64,000 bases of DNA. Origin: Antedon mediterranea. Taxonomy: Eukaryota; Animalia; Echinodermata. The stretch lies in the NCBI RefSeq assembly GCF_964355755.1, contig NC_092670.1, positions 5,880,201 to 5,944,200 on the forward strand, written 5' to 3'. Shown one piece after another: positions 37,401-52,400 of this stretch (position 1 is the first letter of the stretch; each line of letters starts with the position of its first letter). Under the pieces are notes generated by a model that searched no databases, had not been told where the DNA came from, and was given only the letters and a program-made list of their open reading frames with translations. Made by a program: the position numbers and the translations under genes.

Positions 37401-40400
37401 GATTAACTTTTTATTTTATTTTATGATTTAAGCTATAAAAAAGACAAAAGAAATGTTTTCAACAACGAAAATTTGACAAGGTTTTATTTAAATTACAGTT
37501 TTTCAGGTAAATATTTGTTTATATAAAATTGTTAGTCAAACAAATAACTATTATGTGACATTAAATGGCAAATTCAAGAAAAGCTTACCAGTACGTCATG
37601 ACCTTTTAATTTCAATGATACGGCGTAAATATAATTATCGACTGACGTGTCTGTAAGATACGAAATTACATGTTTTTAAATAAAGCATGTATTAATTTCT
37701 GAAAAAGACTTTTACATATTGTTTATTAAATAGTATGCTTACCTGAAAATGTTGTTAATTTAATCTCTTTTTCAGTCACTGGTTCGGTAAAAATATGCTT
37801 GTTGGTGTGTGGCTCCTCAGAACTAGTGTCCGTCTGTGATGTGGATATCAATGAATTTTTTTCTGATGTAACGTCATCATTAGTTGACCTTTGACTTATG
37901 TAAGTCACAAAATCTATATCGCTTCCTAATGTCGTCAAACCATGCAAATCAGTACGATCGTCTTGAAGGACTGTAGGTTCATCGTATGAGTTAGTGCGAA
38001 CAGAATTGGTAGAATGGTCAGACGTGCTCTTAGTTTGTGTAGTTAAAACATGACTGCTAGAACTAGAGGGATTTGGTGATGATGTATAGTATTGTGTTCC
38101 CTGTGCTGTTAACGTTTCTGTTGCCTTTGTTCCAGTAGATGTATTAGTATTACCAACTGTTTTGAAATCATGTGACGCCATTACGTTCGAGGTCGTAGTT
38201 TTAGATTTAGAGGTCATAACCATCGATGCAGTTGTTTCACGCTCTGGTATGTTTACTTCTGTAACTGTAGTCTGTTTGGATGTGTCACCACCAATCGATC
38301 TTGAGGATATAGACAGTTGTTTAGAAGTATCTATTTCTTGAATGGTAGTTTGTCCGGTTTGTTTACCGTTTCCATCATCACTAGTCGACGTGGCTATTGT
38401 GTTTTGCGTTTCTGTTTCTGAAATTGTAGGTTTCTCAGTTCCATCATTGCTACTCAAATCCATGACATTCAACGTAGCTGGTGTATCCGTATTAGTACTT
38501 TCTGTTTGTGAAAGTATCGTCTGCTCAATTGTTTTACCTTTATTATCATCAGTATTTGATATCGAGACATCCAACACATCTGTTGTGGCCGGAGTTGTTC
38601 TTTTTGTCTCTCGAATTGTAGTTTGTTGAGTTGCGTCGCCGTTTTCATCATCACTATTTATCGTTGTATGTTTTGACGAATGAACAGCTGAGTTTGACGC
38701 AGTGGAATCAGTTGGCAGATTATCTGTCAAACTAGTACTTCTTTCATTTGTTGCAGCAAATGTGCTCTCAGTGATACTTGATGCTGGGGCCGGTGAAGAT
38801 GATTCGCTAACTTTATGTGTTGGCGTACCTACAGGATCGTTCACATTGACCGTTGACTTAATTGTGTTCTCGGTTCTCAGTGAAGTCGAGGGCGTTCCTT
38901 CAGTTATAGATGTTTCTGGAAAACAAGGTACAACATTTAAACAACAACAACATGGCTGAAAATCAATATGTACACATCATTGGCAAGTTGTAATTCATAT
39001 AAGGTACTGTTGATGTAATAACATAAAAAACGCTATAAAGTAGACTGTAGGTATAATGTTTCTTTAATACTTTATTAATACTTAATTTAATATTGGACAG
39101 TAACACTGCTGGACATACTGGTACTTGCTGGTTTTCTGTATTAGTTTTAAATCAAACAATAGTGTGTTGCAGTGCAAACATATAATTACTGTATACATAC
39201 CTTCCGACATTTCAGAAGTAACACACTTATATAAACTGGATCCGTTTACAAAAGCACAAATTTTGCCATTTTCACATTTGCAAACAACAACGCTGAAATT
39301 AAACGTGGCTAAAAACCCACAATTGTCTTGCATATGTATTTCAAACACTGATTCATGATTTGACATTAACGCTACAGGTGTCCAGTTAAACTCTCCGGTT
39401 TCAGAGAGTGTTGCATCATTATCTCCATTGTGTTTACTAAATGTTATCCCACAGCCTTCTGGATCATGTATATCAAACGTAAATGTGATTGCCTCTTGAT
39501 GGATAGCTGGGTATGGATTAGACGTGTACATTATTGGCGCTGTATCATCTACGGAAAATTCGAAAAATATAATGCATTATAAGATAACTACTACCTAAAA
39601 ACAAGAAGCAGGTGTAAAGTGGACATTTCTAACCTTGGCGAGTTAACCAGCTGTCTACAGACAAATCTGGTAAACATTGGAGACAACAATCCTCTTCGTT
39701 TACATCAAATGCAGCGTAGCAGTGACCATCGATATTGCATGAATTATTCTAGAAAAAATGACACATTTCCAATAGAGTAGAAAGTTAAATTGCTTTTAAA
39801 TAATGAAATTATAATAATTTATGTTAAAACAATACCATATTTACCTTTAAGTAACATTCCCCTTCTGATGCATTGCATGCTTGACAGACAGAATCGTATA
39901 CAATCAATATTGCCATTTCTTCACTTTTCAATTCACCATCATTACTAATTGATATCAGATAACCACTCGCTACAACACCTTCTCCAGGTGAACCTGGTTG
40001 AACTGCAGGTTCCGGTAATGGACATTTTACTTCTTGATCAGTTCTGAAGATTCCTGATACTGTGGAAGTTTCTTGAAGCAATGTCACGCCAATTTCACTC
40101 ACCTAAATTGTCGAAACATGCCATTACAATACATACTTGTACTATGCAATTATATATATTTAATCCATTGATTAGTTATACATTGTTTACAGCGTGAACT
40201 TACATTGATGTTTTGGATGTGACAAGTAATATTTCTTCTTTCATCAAAGTTTTCTCCATACACTTTAGCCGATCTACAAGGTCTGCTACGGACATCACAA
40301 AGACCATCGCCAAGAACAGCAAATACTGTTGGTGGTTCAGCAAGTGAGATAGAGCAATCACTTCCGCCAAAACCTTCGATGCATTCACACGTTCTATTTA

Positions 40401-43400
40401 TACATTCTCCATTTTTGTTGCATTCGTTCACACAGAGTTTGCCTAAGATGTCTGTTGGTAGCGCAATACTTCCATTTTCAGACACTTCCCAGTATTGTGG
40501 ATTTGTTGTTAGTTCTAATTCACATCTATGTTGTAGTTCTGTTACTGTTTGTTTAGCAATAGTCTCATCATCTGATACCTGAAAATAATGCAAAACTGTA
40601 TACCGTCAATAAAAATATTGTGTGAACAAAAGAAAAACATTTACATAAACTGTTGCATTGCCCTTTGTTTTTTATATTATTTTTGTTTTAAATTTTTATA
40701 AATTATAAAAATTAAACTTTAACAAACTATTAATAAATAGAATAACAAAACATCACCAAAACGTCAATAATGCATCCATCAATGATGCCATCAATAGTGA
40801 TTGACCCGTTGTTTATTGCGTTTAAGCATAATTCATACGTTGTTGAGTTCAACAATGTTTCTGTACAAAGTGTTCTTGTATACTCTTCAGTAAATCCAGT
40901 GCCGTCAGTTGAAAATTCTGGAACCTAAAAGTAGTACATTATTAGTGTAATTTAATTATGGTAGGCCTAAATCAATTTAATAACAAATACAAAAGAAGAA
41001 AAAATAATAACACATTATGAATAATAAAATGCTTGTGTTAATACTTGTGGCACAAAATCAGGATCCTCGTTGAATTCAGTAAATTCATAATTTCCAGCCA
41101 GATCATCAAGATCTATTTCGTCTACTTCTCTCTTTCTTCTTCCTACACCATTGTTTCCGCCATTTTGGTTACCATCACAGTCTAGCTTATTGTTTTTGGC
41201 ATTAAGTCCATTGCAGTAACCACATTCAAAACCAGTAGCTCCACATGTGCAGTAACTTTCTATTGGGTACGGCACGCCATCGTATAGCTTCCCCATAAAT
41301 ATGTTTTCTGTGTCACTAACTCTAAATGATATAAATACCAATTACAATGATTAATTAATTGATAATTAATAACGATGGTATTTTTTCTAGTGTCTTTCTT
41401 TAGGAATGTATTACATTTTACAATATAGGACTTAACGACATTTATGAAGCAGCTTACTTCCAACTATCATGGAATTTCATTGAAACCTTTCTACTGTGAG
41501 TAGTCGGTTCGCATTCTGCGTTTCCACATTCATAATCAGGATCAGGACCGTAGTGACCATCATTTGTTTTGTTTTTATCAAAGTTTCCACACAAACCCTT
41601 GACATTCTCAAAATCATCCCATGATCCGTTCAGATATATGTTTATATAATGGCGTCCGTGTTCAGTAATCTTTATGACGGATCCCGTTGGAAGAAGAATC
41701 TGTGTTACAAAATGATATACCATTTTGTCAAAAATCAGCAATACCGTACTGATGCAAATGAAGATTACATAATTTAATAAATTAATAAATAATACAAACC
41801 TGTGTTTTAGTATTCTTCGCAAAATACGATTATATAAACACTATTATTTTACTTACTTTAAATTCTTTATTACTATATCTGAGCTCTGTCCCCGGAGTTC
41901 TTTCACCATCTTTAAATATTTCAGCTGTTGTCACTTTCGTATTAGCAGGAGTCCGCACCTCTTTTACTATGCCGTCGTGTGTAGCTTTAAATATTGTGTA
42001 AGTGTTACCTGCATTATTACAACGATCAACTATCAAATGAGTGTGGCCAACTTGAGCGGCAACTCCACATGCACACGATACACCATTACACTCACGCAAT
42101 CGAGTCTGAACCTAAGAAAGTAGCCACATTGCTTTCAGTTTATTATTTTTATTTTGGCCATTAATCTATATTTAATCGAGTAGTCGTTGGAACTGGTAAA
42201 GAAAAAAAAACGTGGTGTTAAATATTAGGGCCTACACTACAATGATCGAATGCTTGAAACTATCATGCTCAGTCATCGCAGACTTGATGAGGAAAATTTA
42301 GATACAGTATACGATCTGCCGTTACAGTTACGGGAAACTGCATCTAGCAAAGGACAGTGCATTAAATTAGATAATGGCAACTCATTTGATAAAGACTTTA
42401 ACACACAAGTTACTACTCAACGTGAACGCTGTGTTACAACCGCTAATGTAGAAAACGCCAGCTAATGTTGAAACAACCGTTAATGTACAACAATCCACTG
42501 CTAATGTAGTAACACATGTAGAGTTTGTGTAGTGATGTAGCAAATTTCCTCACAGCTAGTGAAATATGATATATATTACAAACCTATGTCTAAATCATGT
42601 GCAAATGCATCAGTCGATCTATCCACTCTCGATCAAATTTCTCAAAATCGACCCCTCTCGTAAGTGATCACCTCTTCTTAAATCGGACCGCGTCTTATAA
42701 CCGACCACCTCGCGTAAGTGACCACCTTCTCTCATAAGGGACCGCTTCTGATATTCGACATAGGTTTGTAAAGTATATATATTCTAGTAGCTAGATCAAC
42801 TTTCGTATGCACTTTGATGTTCAGAGACTTCATAAATTGGATGGTCAAACAATCATTTTTGGCTTGGTTACACATTTAGAAAATGTGGCGAAAGGTCAAA
42901 GGTCAGAGTGAAAGGTTATAAGACCAAACACCAATAGGTCGTTAAATTTCGACAACCACTGGTCTCAGCAAGGTAAATTTGTTCTCCAATTGATCAGAAG
43001 GTATACATTTATGTTCAGTCTAATGGGACATTTTAGTCAAAAATGACCTTTGACCTACATACCAGGAAATCTTTATATCTATGTAAGTACTTGTCCTAGA
43101 AACTAGAAGTAACTGACCGTATTTATTATTCCAAATAAACGCCCCAGGCATTTATTGTTCATTGTCATCATTCCGTATGACACTGTTGCATATTGTTTTG
43201 GAATGTCTGTTCCTAGACTTAATAAAACAATATATATTTCTGGAGATTTATTATCAATACCACTAGAAACTTTTTAAGTACTAAATGCATTGACAATAAA
43301 AGAAGTGTATTTTAAATCATATTATAGATCATGATAAAATCATACTACACCACACTACAGTACACAATGGTGTTTTCGGGAAAGCTGGACATATTGTATA

Positions 43401-46400
43401 GTAATGAAACTATGTATTGGCATTCAAAAATATGCAAAAGACTGTGTTGATTGTTGATAAATTGTAGTCACAAACCAACAGATGATAGAATGAAGCCATA
43501 TAAATAATGAAGTAATCGTGTCTCATATAGTGTCTCAGAATAATGATGTGTCATTGTTTTATATCATTATACTGGCACCTGGAGAGGATTCGTTAAACGG
43601 AGTCTGTAACAGTGTCACTTTTCTAAAAACAAAAACATTTTGATACAAAAGCATAAAAAGGAAACCGAATTATATATATATTTGTATTGCCCCCCTGAAA
43701 AAATAATTCTTAAACAATTTTTTGTTGAATATTCCATTTTAATGTAACATAACTTTGATCAAAAATTGGATTGAAAAAAAAATGTATTTAGCTGAAAAAT
43801 GTAATTTAGAGCAAAAATGGTCAAATTGGCTGCCAGCCAATGGATTTTTGGTTGAATTTAACCATTTATTTTGTCATTTTTTTTCCTTCATTAAAACTAC
43901 AAAATAACATATTCAAAGTCTGATTTAAATAATCTTAATTTTTCATGTTTTTGGGGGACATCTTTAAAGTATTTCAGTGAGAAACAAATTATATATAAGA
44001 ATGAAGAGATTTATACATATAATAAATAATAATAAATAACATTTATAAAGCGCAAGAGACAAAGGTTTCAAAGCGCTGTGTTTTCCAAGATCAGTGCAAG
44101 TAGTAGCGTGCGATTATGCTTCTCTGAAGAGATGAGTTTTGAGTTTAGTTTTAAATGTGATAACAGATTTTGATGAGCGTATTTCGAGTGGTAGAGTGTT
44201 CCAGAGTTTTGGGGCTGCGACAGCGAAAGCACGATCACCGTAAAACCGAGTTCTGGAACGGGGTCCAGGTTTTAGAAGAAGTCTGCTGGATGAACGAAGC
44301 GAAGAGTTGGTTGACGGAGTAATGATGTCACATATGTAGGCTGGAGCACATCCGTTGATGGCCTTATATGTCAGCAACAGGATTTTAAAACGAATGCGCT
44401 GATCAACAGGCAACCAGTGTAAGTCACGTAAAACGGGAGAAATATGTTCATGTCGTTTAGTGCCAGTGATAAGTCTTGCGGCGGAATTTTGGATTCGTTG
44501 AAGAGGAGACAGATAAGAAGTTGGTAGGCCGTACAGAAGCGAGTTATTACAGTCCAGACGAGATGAAACAAAAGCATGAACAAGACGTTCAGTTGATGTT
44601 TTGTCAAGGTACTTACGAATCTGGCCGATCTGGTAAATTCCAAAGGAAGCACCACGGCAAACATTACGAATGTGTTCTTTTAAACCGAGGCTGTTGTCTA
44701 GTTGGACGCCTAGATTTCTGGCTGAGCTGGGGGTAGAGACACTAGTATCTCCGATATGGACCAAAGGAAATGATGATGCCTCACGGAACTTTGAATGAAA
44801 ATGGATCATTTCAGTCTTGGAGTCGTTGAGCATGAGTTTATTTTGAATGGCCCATGAGCGAACATCTGCAATGCATGATTCAAGGCTGTTAACAGATTCA
44901 GAGTGATGTGTAGGTTTCATGATTAAATATAGTTGAGTGTCATCTGCATAGATCATATGACGAACTTCCGGGTGGGAATCAATGATGTTGCTGAGTGGTC
45001 CAGTGTATAAGATGAAATCGAGTGGACCTTTTACGGATCCCTGTGGTACACCCCAGGGTAGAGCGAACTCATCAGACATCGAATCACCCACAATGATTGC
45101 TTGTCTACGATTCTCAAAATATGAAATAAACCATTTCAATGCGGTTCCGCTTATGCCGTATCTTTTATGAAGACGTTGAAATAATAAATCATGATTGATA
45201 GTGTCAAATGCTGCGGAGTAGTCGAGTAGAATAAGTACCGCTTCATTACCTTTGTCTAAAGCAAGTAGTAGATCGTTTGTAACACGTAATAAAGCGGTTT
45301 CAGTTGAGTGGAAGCGGCGGTAGGCTGATTGGACTTTTGAAAACAGGAAATGTTCATCCATATATGCTTTTATCTGAGCAGTTGCAATTCTTTCCAAGAC
45401 TTTGAAAGGAAGGGAAGATTTGCTATTGGTCTATAATTTTGTAGGACGTTGGAGTCGAGATTTTGCTTTTTCAACAGTGGCATAACGAGGGACAATTTAA
45501 ATGCAGATGGTACAGTACCTGATGACAGCGACATGTTGACGATTTTAGTGATATGCGGTAGTAGAGCGTCAATGCAGTTTTTTAGTAACCGTGTTGGAAT
45601 TGGGTCAAGTCTATCGGTCGATAACATTAAAATAAGGTTTTAATACTATTCTACGACACTCACACTAAAATAATTAAATAATAAATTATATATAATTATT
45701 AAATTGGAGTATTTATTCAACTAAACTCCCGTCTGAACAATAAATGCCCGGGCGTTTATTACTATGAATTCGGTAAGTATTCTGAAAAGAACTGTTGAAC
45801 TAGACGTTTCTATCAAAATGTTTGATCGTCCGCGTGGGTTAACAATACTTTCTAGCATTATTATAAGCAAAAATACAATTACAAACAGTAAAGGATTTGT
45901 TTTAAATCCCACAATAAAACAATTTAAAGCATAAGTTATTGCATAACATTACTGTAAAGTTTTGTAGAGATATGTTTTTGTTTGAAACAATCACGTTAGT
46001 AATTTATAGTATTTCTAGTCATCTTTTAAGCAAATTTTATATTAGAATTAAATTAGAACATTTTGATACAAAATTTAAGTTTCTCGTCAGATCACCGAAG
46101 TTAAGCAACGTTGGGCCCGGTTGCGTTCTGGATGGGAGACCGTCTAGAAATCGCGGCGGGTGCTGTATATACTGGAGAGTGATGGTGTAATAGTAATATC
46201 GGACTAGCATGTGATAGGCATGGGTTTGAGGTTATCTGTACCATACTAATTGCATCCTTAGGCAAGATGCTTTACTCTCATTGCCTCATCCTTCGGATGG
46301 GATGTAAAGCCGTTGGTCCCGTGTACTTAACAGTGCACGTTAAAGAACTTGGTACATTATTCGAAAGAGTAGGGGATCGTCTCCCGGTGTGCTGATATAG

Positions 46401-49400
46401 GCGCTGCACTACTGGCTGCTGTGGGTCCGTGGAGGGCCTAATCCGAATTTCTTTGAGGACAAATATAAATAACTTTACCTCTTACTTACAGAGATATGAA
46501 GATGTCCTGGTATGTGGGTCAACGGTAAGAAATGGCATTTCTGATCATTTTTTTACTAAAATGCCCCATTAGACAGAACATGAATGCATGCCTTCTGTAC
46601 ATTTTGAGAGCAAAATTGACGACCAGTGGTTGCCGAGATACAAGTACCTATTTATATTTGTTCATATAATCTTTGACCCTGACCCTTGAACTTTTGTAAC
46701 ATTTTTAAAAATGTGTTACAAATAACAAAATGTACATTTTGAACAATTTAAGACCAAATAAAAGTGTCTACGACCAGTAGTTACAAAGATACATATGCCC
46801 TGAGTTGTGGGTCAAAGGTCAGAAATAGCATTTCCGGTCATTTGTGACTAAAATGTCCCATTAGACTGAATATAAATGTATACCTTCTGATCAATTTGAG
46901 ACCAAAATTACCTTGCTGTGGTGGTCGTTGTGGTTTGTAAAGATTTAACGACCTACTGGTGTTTGGTCTTATAACCTTTCACCATGACCTTTTGACCTTT
47001 TGCAACATTTTCAAAATGTGTAACCAAGCCAAAATTGAATGTTTGACCACCTTAAACCAATTTCTGAAGTCAAATTGGTGCATATGAAAGTTGGTCTATA
47101 GCTAATAGAGTAATAACACTTTCAAATTTGCTGGCGATAGTAACATGAATAGCTGTGAAGCAATTTCCGTACATTAGCTGTTGACCGTTCTACATTACGG
47201 TACATAAGCTGTTTCTACATTAGCTGGATGGTTTAATACATTAACGGTTGTTTCGACATTAGCTGGCGTTTTCTACATTACAAATGTTATGTTAATTGTG
47301 TTTTTACAACCGGAAAATTACGATCGTTGATTTGCTGATTGCTGCGCAATACATTAGAGCATCATTTCCGGCTAATTAGGTGTGCCATTTATCGTAAATT
47401 TACCCAAATTCGCTTCGCCACAGGACACCTATGGAGGATGTACTTGTTGTCTGGTGTGAAAACACACACCTCCCCTCCCCCCACCCAACACACACACCTT
47501 AATGTCATTGAAGATAATATCCACACCCTTTTTTATTGTGCAGAATACAATGATAAGACAAACAAAAATGCAAAAGTTAAAAGAAGCTTTCACTTTCAAT
47601 GGGCTAGAACAATTTAGGGAAATACTTAACATTGGCGCAAAATGCCGCAATATATTATCTAAAATAGTCTTCTATGTTTTGATTTTGATTGAACTATATA
47701 ATCTATAAGTTGTATTGATATTGTAATTGTTTTAATATTTAGGTCATCTTTCGGATAAGAAATTGAAATTGACGTGTGGTAGTATTATGTGGAATATTTA
47801 CCTTAATGGGCAAAGTATTATGCTCGTAAAATAAAAAGGAACCAATTGCGTAAATGTGATAATACCTGTAAGACAATAAAATAAAATTTTAAATGAATTA
47901 TAATTTTTTTTATTATTATATATTAATATATTATTGGTTTTACCTATCGTAACTGCCATTTCAGAATGCATTTTTACTTTATAAACAAAAAAGAAAAATA
48001 GAAAGCCTCAATGAAAAATCAAATTTAAAATAAAAATCAAAACAAAATAAGTGGCACACTCAAACGAAATCAGACATAAGTTGGAATTTTCCAAGATTTA
48101 ACATACTGAAAAATATCTTGATACCATATTTACTTCCAGGGATAATCACAGTCTAAATTTTTGGCTGTTACAATGAGTGTTTTGAGAAAAATGCTTTTAA
48201 AGTCAACTAACAGGAGATGACAAGTACAAAAAAACAGGACGTTTAAGTTTACGCCTTAGTAAAGGATATTCTAATTTTTGTATTTCAATGAAACTTCGCA
48301 CCTTTGTTAATTAACTATTGTTTTATTATTGTGCTTTTTATTAAAAACAACCCATGAGAACATTTTTAATTTAAGTATAAAACATGATGATGGTTTGATT
48401 AAAATCAGATACAATTTACACCATTTTTAACCAATAGACGACACAAAATGTTTAAATTCCTGCATTTATTTGCCTAAAAAAAGAAAACACCAAAGTAATA
48501 TAATTAACTGTTTCAACTATCATTTTCCGTAAATAAAAAAATGTACTTTTATTGTTGCTGTCTATACAAAACTACTTATGCGACTTATGTCTGATTTCGC
48601 TTGAGTTTGAATCCTAATTTTTTGAAGTATTAAACCTGATTATGATGATGAACGACGGTGATGAATAAGGAATACATACGGTACGTTATGTGATAAATGT
48701 ACCATAACAACCTACCATCCATCAAACGTTGTGTAATGAGGATCACCCCATCCAGAACACTCTGTCGGTTTCGGGGCTTTTGCATTTACCTATGTATATG
48801 AAATCAGTATGTTATAACATATGTATTATTGCTATTATTATTATTATTAATAGTGTTATTATTATTGTTATTGTTATTGTTGTTGTTGTTGTTGTCGTTG
48901 TCGTTGTCGTTGTCGTCGTCGTCGTCGTCGTCGTTGTCGTTTATCATTTTGCTGTAGGAACCAACAGATCGTTCTCTAGATAACAATTTATTTCTGGATA
49001 CAGAAAGTGGCCTAAATGAATCAATGATAAGTCGATTGAATAATATAATTTCAAGATTAGAGGAAAGGATTGGATATAACGTAATGAAGACACCTTGATG
49101 CTGTCTGTTAAATATACAGTTTCTTTCCATGAGGAGCGAAAGAAATTCGATCAACTCTTCTATTCTTATTATCTGCTAATAATTAAAAAAATATACTTAC
49201 TTTGAAAGTTGGAAAATGCGTTAATCTGTCTTTCCATATATTACTAGCCCAGCGAAACGTGGTGCTATCACCCTTAAATGTAATGTAATTTGCTTTATTC
49301 AAGAAATTGATCATAGTGTCCTTAGTTCCTGAGATCATAAACGTTGCTGGTGAATCAGTGGTTATTGATTTTTGACATGAATCTACATTCGCACCATCAC

Positions 49401-52400
49401 CTTGAGTTGCTGCAGTTATCTTTACTTCCTCTTTAGGCGTACAGCTAAGTACTATGGTAGTTTTGCAAAGGTTTTGATAATATGTTCCATAAACAATTGG
49501 GATTGTTGATGACACATGAAATTCAATAATTTCATTTACACCGATTACAAAATCAATTGTGTTATTTGGTTCAATCTTGAAAAATACAACAATTATTATT
49601 ATCAACAATTTTGAACAGAATATAACAATGTTCAATTACCTATATTTTAAGGATGCGCTGTCTCTCCTAAATAATGTGGAATCCTAGTATTGTAATTATT
49701 GAAGTATCTCCGCACAAACAAACACACCGTACTGTCTTGAATAAGATTGTTGCATAAAACTAAGAATATGTTCGCGTGTACCTTTTTTAAGTGCACATGT
49801 ATATTTCGCAGAAACTGTAATAATGCCTCGGGTAAACTTGCCCTATGTAAGATTAATATAATAACATTGAATCTACACTACACTACATCTACACTCTGTC
49901 AATTAATACGTATGTATTAAATTTAATACTTTAGGCACTTTTCGATTTATACGTTCACTATGTCAACAATATCCTATGACGTAATATTTATGAAAGGCGC
50001 ATGCGCAATTCAATTGACACGTCCACTGCCAAATTTGAGAACTTTAATTTTGTTTCTTCTGCTCTGACTGAGTACAAGTGGACGTATGACGTAATAACAC
50101 TGCAAACGTTTAAAGAGAAAAATATAATTCACGTTGTGGTGATATTCCATTTTGTGACGTCAGACCTGACACTACAATTGTTTCGATCCTCGGAATAGTC
50201 ACTTGATGCCATTTCGACATATCACATCGACCTATATCATAAGCTATAATAACAATTATCTCACCGTCAAACCTGCATAGAATGTGTTACTCCTTACAGA
50301 GGGTGAAAACGCATCTTGATCCTTGAATCGAAGGCTCACGTCACATTGAATCTACATAGAGAATCAAGCGTTTCAGAAATTATTCAAACAAACGTATTTT
50401 ATAATATAAAGGATGTTTTGCAGAAAAAACAGATATTTAGGGAATTGTTTTAAAATGTATGAACAATCTAATATTGTCCTCCGGGCTATAAACTAAGGGA
50501 ATATTAACTATCCTCTTTTTTTCGCAAAGACAAAAAAAAAACAAGTTGGAAAAAACGATTATTAGGAATGATAACCACAAGGCTAGAGTCCAAACAATGT
50601 ACCAGTTAAAGATACAGTTTTAAGAGATATGAAACTGGAATGAATCAGTTTGTTATGAAAAGAGCATAAACAAAGATAACTGTTATTTTCTTTCCATGAT
50701 ATAATTATGTTTTAATTAGTTTTATCTCTAATTTAGAAAATTATTATTATGTAGTATGTAAATTGTATCTATATATTATAAATCATAGTTAATTCTGCCA
50801 TAGGTGAGCACAATGGAAAAACTTCGGGACAAATCCATGCCTTGGATACCTACCTCATCTATCTCAGATGTACCGCGAAACGTAGATTTGAGAACATTAG
50901 TTTCCACTATTACGATATTGTTCCATATTTCTATCTTAGGAAGATATTATAAAGATTTTTATAACAAAATTGATGATTTCATCGGTAGATTTTTAACTCT
51001 ACCCGCGGTAGAATTAATTTCCGGGTTCACGGTAAGGTGTCTCAATCACCTTGCAACTTCCTGCATGGTTGGTTTCAACTAAGTTGGCTGTTTGTGGCAA
51101 TAGCCATTTTAGTTTTTTGTTTATTTTTGGACCGCGCGTGTGAAGGTATAGTAGTAGATAAAGATCAAATTAAATTTATTCATAAAACATAGTAGTATAT
51201 TGTGGGGAATAAGTATATAAAATTACATCGAGAGAAATGATGATAAGAGCTTTTCTTTGAAATCAAATGAAACCCCGATATCCGAGTTTTTTAGTAAGAA
51301 GCTGACAGGACTTTATTTATACTGTGCGCTATCTGTGTCCCGTGTCCCCTTAGGACCCTGGGATACTTCTCCCATGTTGCAAGCCGTCTAAAACGTCTTT
51401 CTTCTTAGGCCAAAACGGCTCACTGTATCGCAGAATAATGTAGTAATTATACTAATTAGGAAAGTATTTATTTGAGTAAACGCCCGTAACACCTCTCCAA
51501 TAAAACATCCTACAACAACAAAACAAACCTACCCCCCCCCCCCCCCCCCCCCCCACCACACCCAACAACTACCATCTAATAAACGCTCATCCACATTGTT
51601 ATTTATACACACAATATTGTATTATATTTATTTATAACACAATTACACTATTCTTAGTAGATTTCATCGGACTGTTATCTACAATTTACCAAGCATTTGT
51701 TATTCTTTTTTACCACTTTCATATCTATAGGATTTAATTTTTGAAATGTACCAAATTATTAAAACTAAAAAAAATGAACGTATCCCTCAAATAAGCACCT
51801 CCCTCAAATTAACTCCGCCTCCCCACATCCACACTATAAGGGCCCTATAACAATACACACTATACGTAAAACGCTATTAATCATCTTAACACTGTTGAAA
51901 CAGGTTAGTGAGTATAGGTTTAGTTTTACGAATATCAAGCATTTCAATAATGGTAACCGACCGAAAACGCCCAGGCCAGAATGTCCTAAAACCTTTTTAC
52001 CCGAGTCATTATCATTCCGAGAACCATCGTCTACACTTCCTAGAGGGGCAGCGAGCGAAGTGAGCTCACCCTCTAGTTATAATGATTGATAGCAGTGTTG
52101 CTATTCCTATATAAGATTATCAGAAGAATCAGAATCCGGTACTGCTTTAAAGAACAGTAAATAATAGAGGACAAAAGTTTGAACATTAAAATATAACCAA
52201 AAATGTATCGAGTGTGCTGCCACTCCAATACTCACATATGATCCAAGTCTTCTGCTGAGAATACACTGATGAGGTTCGCCGTCTTCGCAATTGTCTACGT
52301 CATATTCGTCACTGATTTCGTTTTTGTTTAGTTGACCATAAACCATGTCATCGTCTATGTACCATCGGACATAGAATTCTATGTCATTAGGTGCTTCAGT

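Larger units (their letters stand above)
42435..47285. mobile_element. Foldback-like element with long inverted arms (about 42440-43088 / 46484-47280) containing nested L2, SINE and MITEs
   Basis: taatgtagaaaacgccagctaatgt.gaaacaaccgttaatgta and the ~290-bp ggtcaaaggtca unit occur in inverted orientation at the two ends; the right arm carries the unit twice. Confidence 0.7.

Noticed and set aside
46079-46167. Functional 5S rRNA gene
   Set aside because: Lacks the first ~30 nt, is diverged, has no oligo-T terminator and continues into SINE body sequence.
48729-49154. Poly-Val and poly-Asn/Asp ORFs
   Set aside because: Trinucleotide microsatellite in an intron.
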